A stretch of 53,546 nt of DNA from the NCBI GenBank assembly GCA_026705565.1, contig JAPPAJ010000340.1, positions 1-53,546 of the forward strand. The letters are read 5' to 3'. This document shows positions 23,728 through 31,603 of this stretch, in pieces. How positions within the stretch are numbered: the stretch's first letter is position 1; each line of letters starts with the position of its first letter. A model generated the notes under the pieces. That model worked only from the letters and a program-made list of their open reading frames with translations, did not search any database and was not told the origin of the DNA. The DNA comes from Caldilineaceae bacterium (GTDB lineage: Bacteria; Chloroflexota; Anaerolineae; Caldilineales; Caldilineaceae). The translations under genes were made by a program, and so were the position numbers.

Positions 23728-24009
23728 ATGAGCGACAGAGCTGTCAAGGTATCGATCGAATTCTGCCTGCAATGAAACTACTCACCCATGGCTGCCCGTG
23801 CGGCAGAAGACCTCTTCACCGAGTTCAAGAGTGGGATTGAGTCCATGAAGCTGATCGCCGGCGGCGGCGGCCGGTTTGAAGTTGTGGTGGACGGCGATCT
23901 GATCTACTCCAAGGCCGAGACAGGCCGCCACGCCGAGGAAGGCGAGCTCGTGAGGCTCGTTGCCGAAGCCACCGGCATGGTGCCCAAGTCCATGGAGGCC
24001 GTTGCCTGA
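23728..24009 (+). CDS. SelW/SelT/Rdx-family selenoprotein, 93 codons with in-frame UGA (Sec) at 23773-23775
   Basis: ATG at 23728 gives MSDRAVKVSIEFCLQ, then TGA, then NYSP, then the 73-aa track ORF, all in one frame. CLQ-U occupies the Rdx CxxC/CxxU position. The downstream GGGGRFEVVVDGDLIYSK matches the family core. Confidence 0.8.
23792..23806 (+). promoter_or_regulatory. candidate minimal SECIS-like hairpin
   Basis: CUGCC-CGUGC-GGCAG, a 5-bp stem with a 5-nt loop containing GU. It starts 16 nt after the UGA. This weak structure was found by eye only. Confidence 0.25.
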
Positions 24010-24035
24010 CAGGCAACACCGTATATGGCTTGAGG

Positions 24036-24089
24036 GCCGCAGTCGGGAGGATGGTTACGCACCATTTCCTGGCTGCGGCGTTTTTGTTG
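24036..24089 (+). terminator. Rho-independent terminator candidate after the selenoprotein gene
   Basis: The outer stem is GCCGCAG (24036-24042) with CUGCGGC (24073-24079). Inner pairing AUGGU/ACCAU is possible. GUUUUUGUU follows. Confidence 0.55.
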
Positions 24090-24403
24090 GTCCAGCATCC
24101 GTCCAGGTACGAACGGTGCGTCGGCAACTTGGTCACGGTCCATGGAATTCCCGAATCCTGACTTGGTTTGCGGATCGGACACGGTTGCATAGGCTGTCGT
24201 ACGACGCGCGGTTGATGGAACCAAGGTCGCGGCAGGACATGGACAGTTCGATTCCGGGCACAATCGCAACGTTCCGGCCGCGCGTTGGAATGGGGTGATG
24301 CCCTCGGGGCCGTCACCGATAAGGCAAGTGAGACCGGTTGGGAGTCGTCAAACAGCCCGTATCCGTTCCGGCACGATCAGGTGTCCGGTGGCGGGTTCGG
24401 CTC

Positions 24404-25525
24404 TCAACGCGGGGGCAGGGTGTCGGAGTCGCTGTCGGTTGCAGAAAGGGAAAGCCAACTTCGCCATTCACTCGGGTTTGTCTGGACGTTCCTGATGCGA
24501 ATCAAGGCATCGGGCGGCGGGCCGTTTTCCTGCCACGTGTTTGCGATTTGTTCCAAATCGTCTGAAGGCACCAACCCGTCCAGGAATGTGCGGAGGACTC
24601 CAATCGTCACCTGATCTGCCTCCGACAGGTATGGGGGAGGAGGCAGAGGGATGGATTCCACCCCGCCGAAGGGTTCGTCCTTCAGCCAGTGTGCATACTT
24701 GACGTCATCCGGGGTTTTGTCCAAGTGCTCAAGGATGTGATCAGCCAACCGTCCGCAAACCTGTTGGGCTGCGACGATGATCGCTTCGGGAGGATCGGGG
24801 GGCCAAACCAAGTCAACCCCACCGTACAGGGATGGATTGCGGAACTTGACCAACGCATCCCTTTGAGCGGACGTTATCTTGCTGTCCAACCATGTTTGAA
24901 GATCTTGAGGCAAAGCCGTCACGAACTCATTCAGAGCATGGTGGTGGTCGAATCGGATGGTGTGAGCTCCCAAGGTGGCCTTGACAGCCATTTCCATAGC
25001 CGAGAGTGCGTGGAACAGAGCAAAGTGCAGACGGTTGTTGCCCACATGTGAGAGGGCAACTTCCAAGTGCCTCTGTGACGCTTGCAGCAGACTCTGCACG
25101 CCTGGCCAAGGGTTGTCTTGTGGCATGGGAGGGAGATGCTCTCCTTCGGTTGTGAGGCCTAAAAGCTGTACTTGGCCTGCGACGTGGGGGAAAGATGTGC
25201 GGAATTCCTCAAACTCCATCCATGGCAAGGGTGTGATTTGGATTGGAGGCGAACTGCTATACACGACTTCGGCTTCCTTGCGGGCCTGCTCCCCCAGAGT
25301 GCAGATTGTTTGCATGTCGGAAGATGCGCCCAGCACCGCCAAATCAATGTCCGACCGCGGTTTCCAGACACCCGTGGCGCGGCTGCCGAAGAGGATCACC
25401 TGATGCGTGTCCGGCAGGTGATCTTGCAGTGCCTGCGCCACCGCCAAGGCCCGTGTGTCCGGTTGGCCTTGTCCGTTCTCCACCGCCGCATCCCGTGTTT
25501 GCGGCGGCATTTCAACCGCAGCCAT
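24404..25525 (-). CDS. single-chain minimal nucleotidyltransferase (MNT) - HEPN fusion with an uncharacterised ~130-aa C-terminal extension
   Basis: The NTase motif is LFGSRATGVWKPRSDIDLAV (GS-x10-DxD). A helical HEPN region carries Rx4H (IRFDHHH). The last ~130 residues have no motif I recognise. Confidence 0.8.
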   Translation of the reverse strand: MAAVEMPPQTRDAAVENGQGQPDTRALAVAQALQDHLPDTHQVILFGSRATGVWKPRSDIDLAVLGASSDMQTICTLGEQARKEAEVVYSSSPPIQITPLPWMEFEEFRTSFPHVAGQVQLLGLTTEGEHLPPMPQDNPWPGVQSLLQASQRHLEVALSHVGNNRLHFALFHALSAMEMAVKATLGAHTIRFDHHHALNEFVTALPQDLQTWLDSKITSAQRDALVKFRNPSLYGGVDLVWPPDPPEAIIVAAQQVCGRLADHILEHLDKTPDDVKYAHWLKDEPFGGVESIPLPPPPYLSEADQVTIGVLRTFLDGLVPSDDLEQIANTWQENGPPPDALIRIRNVQTNPSEWRSWLSLSATDSDSDTLPPR

Positions 25526-25821
25526 GTTCCGCCTTCCCTGCTTGTGAGGATGTCATTCTACGGGAACTTCCAACCAATGTGGGCCAGAAGCCGTACTGGC
25601 CCCACATCAGTTTTGGCACCAACCAATTGATCAAGACTGGCTCACACCTGCTGGGAACAACCGCCTGATTCATCCAGATAACACACCCCTGTCAAGCCCC
25701 CGTTCCCTGGTTTCCCTGCTGGTCGAAGGGGCTGACCACAACCAGGAGGTTCGTCGGGACCCGTGGCGGTTCCGCTGCGTTCGAGCGCGCGTTGGAACAA
25801 AGCAGCTGGTTCATCATCCGC

Positions 25822-26700
25822 CTACTGCTCGGGGAGTGGATGTCCCCTCCGCCGCCGTCTCTTCGCGATCCAAAACCCGATGCCGGCCAAGGGGAGCATC
25901 AGGGCAGCCAGTCCCCACCATGCAGGATTCGGGCCATCGCTGCTCAATCCGTGAGCCTCCACTGGAGAGGATTCCCCCTCATCGTAGGCTTGACGCAACA
26001 ACGTCACCGGATTCTGCTCTCCCATGCCTTGCACCGGGACCGTCAACCACAGGCTTGGTTCATCCCCTTGATCACTGCTGCGCGCTACCGCAACAAAAGT
26101 GGTCAGGGCTGTTTGCTCTCGAGGACAACGTTCGTCACCGCCCTGCATGGAGCCAGCCTCAAGAGCGGTTACCAGCCCATCGGATAGGGACGAGTCGGGC
26201 AGTGTTGCGGTCTGTTGAAATGCTTCCAACCCTTTGGCCACCACCTCCGGCCCGACCAGGATGTTCCCTTGCACCGAGGCGAACGGGTCGCTGGCTGCCC
26301 CTGACCAGGCATGGGTCTCACTCCCGGTGAAATTGGCTGCCTCGTGCCGCAGCGCTGCCACGCCATACTGTCTTGCTTGGAAGGAGGGGTCCACCGCCGT
26401 TGCCGAGGCAATCACATCCTGAGCGGAGGCACCTTCCAGCAAGCTTGCCGCGGCCCTGTCGAGCCGTTCCGCGTTTCCCGCGTCCACTTGCGCCTGAGCG
26501 ACGATTACGCCATGGCTTGGCAGCAGCCGCGCCAATTCGATCCGGCCGTCGTCGGTCCACACTCGATACCACATGCGCTCTGGGTCATCGAGGGACCCGC
26601 CGATGGGCGAAGCCTGTAGGGAAAAGCCTGCCTCGACGCAGGTGGCGAGCGCAACGCCCACCTCGCCGGCATCGACATCCACGGCCACGATGTGGACCAA
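25822..26700 (-). CDS. DUF1028 (Ntn-hydrolase-fold) family protein with C-terminal TM helix and Arg cluster
   Basis: HIVAVDVDAGEVGVALATC..., GSETHAWSGAAS..., QGNILVGPEVV and LEAGSMQGGDERC resemble the DUF1028 family. The C-terminus is WWGLAALMLPLAGIGFWIAKRRRRRG. The start is a TTG and is uncertain (see finding). Confidence 0.7.
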   Translation of the reverse strand: MVHIVAVDVDAGEVGVALATCVEAGFSLQASPIGGSLDDPERMWYRVWTDDGRIELARLLPSHGVIVAQAQVDAGNAERLDRAAASLLEGASAQDVIASATAVDPSFQARQYGVAALRHEAANFTGSETHAWSGAASDPFASVQGNILVGPEVVAKGLEAFQQTATLPDSSLSDGLVTALEAGSMQGGDERCPREQTALTTFVAVARSSDQGDEPSLWLTVPVQGMGEQNPVTLLRQAYDEGESSPVEAHGLSSDGPNPAWWGLAALMLPLAGIGFWIAKRRRRRGHPLPEQ

Positions 26701-27547
26701 GTGCCTGACGATCCATCGTTGGCAGACGTGGCAGCCCTTATGCCCAAGGCCATGGTCAACAGGAGTGCAGCCGCAGCACCCAATGTCAACCCCATCTGCG
26801 CATTATTCGCCATTGTCGCTCGCTCTTCTTTCAGGGGCGAGCTCTGCCTCTGAAATCTGGTAACCCGTGCTCCAAGTCATCAGCTTCCGGTCATGATGGC
26901 ACCCCCAATGCTACAGTGGCAATTCACAGCATCGTGGCCTGCTGCCGCCTCCGGCAGTAGCAGTGCATGGCCCCCACTGGCAGCGGTGGCGTGCAGCCCT
27001 GCAGCGGAATCCTTCGTCGACATTGTTGCCACCGCATCCGAGGGGCGACCTGCAAGGCATGGCCACCGCGGGACGACATGGTGGGACCAGGTGCACGTCG
27101 TCCAAATCCTGGAATCCAATCTGCAAATCGAATCCCGGCTCGAACTACGCCGCACCATGCAGGCTTCAACATCCGGCACGCTGGGAAGGCGATGGTCGCG
27201 CAGTTCCGGGTTCGGTAACCAGCGGTGCTGAAGATCTTCGTAAGTCGTGACCACGTGGCCTTGCGGTCACGCGGTGAACCAGTCTCTGCCGGGAATGCGG
27301 GCAAGGCTTCAACCAAGCCTGCTATTTGAGGAAGCGTTGTCTGCCAAGGGTTCGGTTCTTCTCGCAGGGGATGCTGGAAGCCGGACTCCCCACTCAACCA
27401 AACAGTTGAGTGGAGACCTGCAGCCGACTCGCATGGCCATACAGGCTGATTTTCTGCGAACCACTTGGTTCCGGTGATGTTGCCGGACCGTTGCAATGTG
27501 GTCCCGGATGCCGCCGCGGTCCAGACCGTCAGCCTGCGACGAAGGAT

Positions 27548-28121
27548 CTACAGGCTGTCTGACAGGTTGGAATTGCCTTGGACTTCGTCCAGCCGGGAAC
27601 GTGCCAGGTATTCCAAACGTTGTGCTTGCACGAGAAGTGTTGTGCGCAAATTCACTTTCACCTGTCGTTCGCTAATCACGCGTGCCAGCTCCGCGAATGT
27701 CTGGGCTCGGCGCGCTATCCTGAGGTCGGGATGTTTCCTGACCGCGCGTAGTTCGGGTGCGAGAATGAACCCCCTGATCGAGGGTGGCATCTCGATCACG
27801 TCCTTCGACGGAATGTTGCCTTCGTTCAACGTCGCGCCGAACGTCGATTGTTCAAGCGCCATTTGGTGTACCATGAATTCCGCTCGGGATAACAATTCCT
27901 TGCTTTCTTCTGATATTTTGTTTTTCGATGGAGATAGATCCCAGAATGGCCACATTTCGATCTCTGCTACTTCGAAGGGATCCAGTACGTGCATTGCAAC
28001 AGCGTCGGTTCGCTGGTTGGTCAAGTGCCTTCGAATCCTTGTTCGCAGGCTTTCCCAAGTCTTGCCCACGTAGATAGGTTCGCCATCGTAGTCGTAGAAG
28101 AGATATACGCCACATCGACAG
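27548..28121 (-). pseudogene. GIY-YIG nuclease gene, C-terminal fragment (IS-disrupted)
   Basis: The GIY-YIG core is GVYLFYDYDGEPIYVGKT...LRTRIRRH. The fragment ends at the IS left TIR. Track ORF 27548..28333 continues into IS sequence and is chimeric. Confidence 0.8.
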
Positions 28122-29611
28122 CTCGACTTTGTACAAAGTCGGTGCGGGCGGTGAGAGTTCGGGCGCGTATCAGGCCGAGTAGCAGAGGGCGGCCAGGAGC
28201 GGTGCAGGTGGCGGCCGGGGAGGTTTTGGGATGTCGGGGGTGGCCGGGGACATCCAAAAAAGCAGGACCTGCGTCCAAAGGTCGTGGCGGACAGAGGCCA
28301 GGACATCGGAGAAGGTGGGGACGGTCTTGGCATACCAGGCGGCCCGGCGGGGGCGAAGGGTCCGCGCCCGGCGCAGGCGGTGGGCGACCAGGATGAGCCA
28401 GCTGAAGAGGCCCAGCAGGGCGGGGGTGGTGCGGGCGATGGCCGGGGCCGACCACTGGCGCTGGGTCTCGACGCCGAGGTGGGTGCGGACCTCCTGGAAG
28501 GTCACCTCCGCCTGCCAGCGCTGCAGGTACCAGGCGAGGAGGGTCCGGGGCGCGAGGTCGGGATTGGTGCTGAGCAGGGCCTGGGGCTCCCGCTGTCCGG
28601 TCGGGTCGCGCAGGAGCAGCCAGCGCAGGGGGACGACGGGCTCGCCCGGGTGATACCAGAGGGCCGTGCCGGTGGCGGCCTGAAGACGCCTTTGGGTGCC
28701 GTCGGGCCAGCGCTGGGTCAGGTCGGTCCAGACCGTGGCCGGGTCGGCCAGGACCGTCTTCAGGGAGGGCAGACGGGGCCCCACAACCCGCGGCCGCCCG
28801 ATTTGTCCCGGCTTGCGGGGCGGGGGCGGATCATGCAGGACGGCGTCCAGGCGCAGCCGGGACAGGAAGGTGACGGGCGGCTCCAGGCCCTGGCAGGCGG
28901 CCAGCAGCTTCAGGGTGGCGTAGGTGCGATCCCCGACCACCACCAGCTCCCGGTCGGGCAGCCAGCGGCGCAGGCGGCACAGCATCTGGCGCGCCCAGTC
29001 CGTAATCGTCTTGTGGCGGCGGCCCTGGGTCTCGTGGTAGCGCCGGGACGGGGCCAGCACGGTCAGGAAGGGCAGGGCCCACACCCGCCGGGTCCAGGAA
29101 ACCTCGGCCAGCAGCATCAGGCTGACCCAGCGCAGTCCCTTGGCCTTGACGAAGTGGCCGTGGGAGGAGCGCACCGGGTCCCGGTACACCCCCAGGGCCT
29201 CGATCTTGTCGCCCCAACGCCGTTCCAGGGTCTCGTCGATGGCGAACAGGAGCGGTCCCGTCGGGACCAGCTGCCGGACCAGCAGCCCCAACAGCACCCG
29301 GCCGACGGCCAGGGACGACCAGGAGGCCCGGTTGAGGACGTGGTGGTACAGGGCAAAGTCGCCCTTCTCCTGAAGGCCCAGCGCATACAGGGCCGTGGAC
29401 ACCGTGCGCCGACCGGGCGCCAGAATCACCCCTGTCAGCAGGATCTGCGCCTTGCGCCAGGTGCGTGCGTCGAACAGTGATGCGAAGGGCGACAGCAACG
29501 GTACAATGGCGTCCGGCAGGCTGGGCATGATGAACCTTTTGTTGTGATTTGGTCCATTGTGCCAGCCTGCTTTGCCTTCCCTATTCCGATGTCAAGTTGT
29601 ACAAAGTCGAG
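28122..29611 (-). mobile_element. IS4/IS701-superfamily insertion sequence, 1490 bp
   Basis: The perfect 15-bp TIR CTCGACTTTGTACAA is at 28122-28136, and its reverse complement is at 29597-29611. The 5-bp target-site duplication GACAG is at 28117-28121 and 29612-29616. There is a single transposase ORF. Confidence 0.9.
28170..29528 (-). CDS. DDE transposase (IS4/IS701-like)
   Basis: 452 aa. Candidate catalytic residues are in FAIDETLERRWG, VVVGDRTYAT and the YREK-like YLQRWQAEVTFQEVR. Confidence 0.85.
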   Translation of the reverse strand: MPSLPDAIVPLLSPFASLFDARTWRKAQILLTGVILAPGRRTVSTALYALGLQEKGDFALYHHVLNRASWSSLAVGRVLLGLLVRQLVPTGPLLFAIDETLERRWGDKIEALGVYRDPVRSSHGHFVKAKGLRWVSLMLLAEVSWTRRVWALPFLTVLAPSRRYHETQGRRHKTITDWARQMLCRLRRWLPDRELVVVGDRTYATLKLLAACQGLEPPVTFLSRLRLDAVLHDPPPPRKPGQIGRPRVVGPRLPSLKTVLADPATVWTDLTQRWPDGTQRRLQAATGTALWYHPGEPVVPLRWLLLRDPTGQREPQALLSTNPDLAPRTLLAWYLQRWQAEVTFQEVRTHLGVETQRQWSAPAIARTTPALLGLFSWLILVAHRLRRARTLRPRRAAWYAKTVPTFSDVLASVRHDLWTQVLLFWMSPATPDIPKPPRPPPAPLLAALCYSA

Positions 29612-29714
29612 GACAGTTCCCAACCACCATTCCATTGGCGCACTGTGTGTTCAAAATCCGGGCCGCCCCTTCGTACAGTGCCCTTACTTCGGGCTGCTCT
29701 GCCGGTGTCATCAT
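29612..29714 (-). pseudogene. GIY-YIG nuclease gene, N-terminal fragment (34 codons)
   Basis: The ATG at 29714 gives MMTPAEQPEVRALYEGAARILNTQCANGMVVGNC. After removing the IS and one TSD copy it joins in frame to the C-terminal fragment. Confidence 0.6.
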
Positions 29715-30039
29715 TTGGTCGGATGGAAATGAACTGAAGTCAATCAGGTTGTGTACGGAGTTGAACGAAACCGCAGAATGAGCTCAGCTGTGTCCAGTGC
29801 CAGTCTTACCTCTGGATGGAACGTTTCGGAATCGTCTTTCGTCTCCAGCCGTTTGGTTGGATTTGCCGCCATCCGGGACGCAACACTACACAGGGCAAGT
29901 CGCTGTTAGTGAACTGCCATGGTTGCTCAAGGTGTACCCTGAATGCCGTGAACGGACATGATCATGGGTTGGACGGTACTGATCGGGTTGCAGGGAGCCT
30001 CCTGAACAGCAGTACCTTGTGCTTGCGCCAATGCACGTG

Positions 30040-30164
30040 AAGCGTGGTCGTCACCGGTTGATCCGGATGTATAGTCTATAGGGAGACGCCAACGATCGTG
30101 GTCCGCGGCTGAAGGTTTGACATGCCACCTCATTCGATTGCCGGGCAACTGGAACTGCCCCTCC
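30040..30164 (-). repeat. solo diverged copy of the 3'-terminal (right-end) segment of a TnpB/IS605-type element
   Basis: It is collinear with 31685-31807. Shared blocks are ACCGGTTGATC (30053 vs 31700), GCTGAAG (30108 vs 31751) and the 19-nt CAACTGGAACTGCCCCTCC (30146 vs 31789), with nearly identical spacing. Confidence 0.5.
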
Positions 30165-31333
30165 CGCCCGTGCAACGCACGGCAACACCCGTGAATCCTC
30201 CCCCAGCCGGAACCTTCTATGAGTTCTTTGCCGGGGCCGGAATGGTCAGGGCTGGCCTTGGCCGCAACTGGACATCGCTGTTTGTCAACGACTTCAGCCG
30301 CCAAAAGGCGAGCAGTTACCGGTGCAACTGGCATTGGGAACCTGTGTGCCAGGACATCCGTGATGTGACTCCGGAACAGCTCCCGGGTTCCTCAGACATG
30401 GCCTGGGCATCGTTTCCCTGCCAGGATCTGTCCCTGGCAGGAAGAGGTGATGGGTTGGACGGCGATCGCTCCGGTACGTTCTGGCCCTTCTGGAATCTGA
30501 TGCTGAAGCTGAAGGAGCAAGACCGTGCGCCGACCATGGTTGTGCTGGAAAACGTTTGCGGTGCGCTGACATCCCACAACGGTCGGGATTTCAGCAGCAT
30601 TTGCGATGCCATGTATGAAGGGGGCTATCGATTTGGTGCCGTGGTTGTCGATGCCGCCGTGTTCCTGCCCCAGTCGAGGCCGCGCCTGTTTGTGATCGGG
30701 GTCTGTCGGCAAGCACAGGTACCGAGGATGCTGGCTGGTGCCGGACAACGGAGCATCTTCCATACCGGTTCCCTGGTCAAGGCGTTCCGGCGGTTGCCCG
30801 AAAGCCTCCGCCAGGAATGGATCTGGTGGAAGTTGCCGGTGCCGCCCGGCCGTTCCGCACAACTTGCCGATCTCATTGAGGAGGCCCCAACCAGTGTCTC
30901 CTGGCACCATCCGGACGAGACTGCCAAACTGCTTAACCTGATGAACGAACGCCACCAAGCCAAGGTGAAGGAGATGCGACGTTTGGAACGTCGTGTGGTT
31001 GGCACGGTGTACAGGCGGACACGCACCGACTCCAACGGTGCCAAGGCGTTGCAGGCCGAAGTCCGTTTTGACGGTGTTGCAGGTTGCCTGCGTACGCCGA
31101 CGGGGGGCTCCAGCCGACAGTTGGTACTGGAAGTCGAGGGAGAACGAACGCGATCGCGTTTGATGTCAAGCCGGGAGACGGCCCGCCTCATGGGCCTGCC
31201 CGACAGCTATGTGTTGCCCGAAAACTACAACGAGGCCTACCACCTGACCGGCGACGGCGTCGCGGTGCCGGTGGTGCGGTTCCTTGCCGAGGAGATTTTG
31301 GAGCCGGTACTGGCGCTCAATCAATCCGGCTGA
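30122..31333 (+). CDS. DNA (cytosine-5)-methyltransferase
   Basis: Motif I is FFAGAGM, motif IV is FPCQDLSLAG, motif VI is VLENVCG and motif VIII is PQSRPRLF. Motifs IX-X are RETARLMGLPDSY and GDGVAVPVV. The start is uncertain; in-frame GTG codons lie closer to motif I. Confidence 0.92.
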   Translation: MPPHSIAGQLELPLPPVQRTATPVNPPPAGTFYEFFAGAGMVRAGLGRNWTSLFVNDFSRQKASSYRCNWHWEPVCQDIRDVTPEQLPGSSDMAWASFPCQDLSLAGRGDGLDGDRSGTFWPFWNLMLKLKEQDRAPTMVVLENVCGALTSHNGRDFSSICDAMYEGGYRFGAVVVDAAVFLPQSRPRLFVIGVCRQAQVPRMLAGAGQRSIFHTGSLVKAFRRLPESLRQEWIWWKLPVPPGRSAQLADLIEEAPTSVSWHHPDETAKLLNLMNERHQAKVKEMRRLERRVVGTVYRRTRTDSNGAKALQAEVRFDGVAGCLRTPTGGSSRQLVLEVEGERTRSRLMSSRETARLMGLPDSYVLPENYNEAYHLTGDGVAVPVVRFLAEEILEPVLALNQSG

Positions 31334-31409
31334 CGTTGCACCACCGTCCAACGAACCCGGAAACCAGGTTGCGGATGCCGTCGCGGCCTTGCCATAACCG
31401 GCTTGGTGT

Positions 31410-31598
31410 CTACAGGCCGGAGACCATCAACAGGCCCGCAAAGAAGGCCGGAAAAATGCCGCTGGCCAGGATCATGACTCCGGCCAGCACCATGCCCACC
31501 TGCATGGTCGGCGAACTCTGTGGAGCATGAACTTCCTGTGGTCGCTGCACATCGTGATCACGATGCCGCAGGTAGTAGGCGCTGACCGTGCTGTTGAC
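31410..31598 (-). pseudogene. displaced, diverged copy of the last ~63 codons of nuoN
   Basis: The track ORF reads VVNSTVSAYYLR..RPQEVHAPQSSPTMQVGMVLAGVMILASGIFPAFFAGLLMVSGL. The intact NuoN C-terminus reads VVNSAVSAYYYLRIVVTMYFQQRPQEVHAPQSSPAMQVGMVLAGVMVLAIGVFPAFFMGLLTVPGL. A frameshift and a small deletion lie near the 5' end. Confidence 0.85.
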
Positions 31599-31603
31599 AA
31601 CTT

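Noticed and set aside
26880-27496. Track ORFs 26880..27254 (-), 26924..27496 (-), 26893..27231 (+) and neighbours, considered as possible genes.
   Set aside because: They are mutually overlapping, Trp/Cys/Arg-rich and without motifs, ribosome-binding sites or plausible domain structure. The interval is kept only as an unexplained tract in the findings.
28124-28141. An 18-bp perfect palindrome, CGACTTTGTACAAAGTCG, at the left IS junction. There is also a 13-nt direct repeat, TTGTACAAAGTCG (28129-28141 and 29597-29609). I first read these as a 13-bp target duplication or as insertion into a palindromic target.
   Set aside because: Re-alignment of the two ends gives a simpler solution, 15-bp perfect TIRs plus a 5-bp GACAG duplication. 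The apparent direct repeat arises because the TIR is partly self-complementary.
29927-30334. A 135-aa minus-strand ORF overlapping the methyltransferase 5' end.
   Set aside because: It runs antisense to the well-supported MTase motifs I-IV. Its only recognisable content is the short TnpB right-end homology, which is already reported as a repeat.
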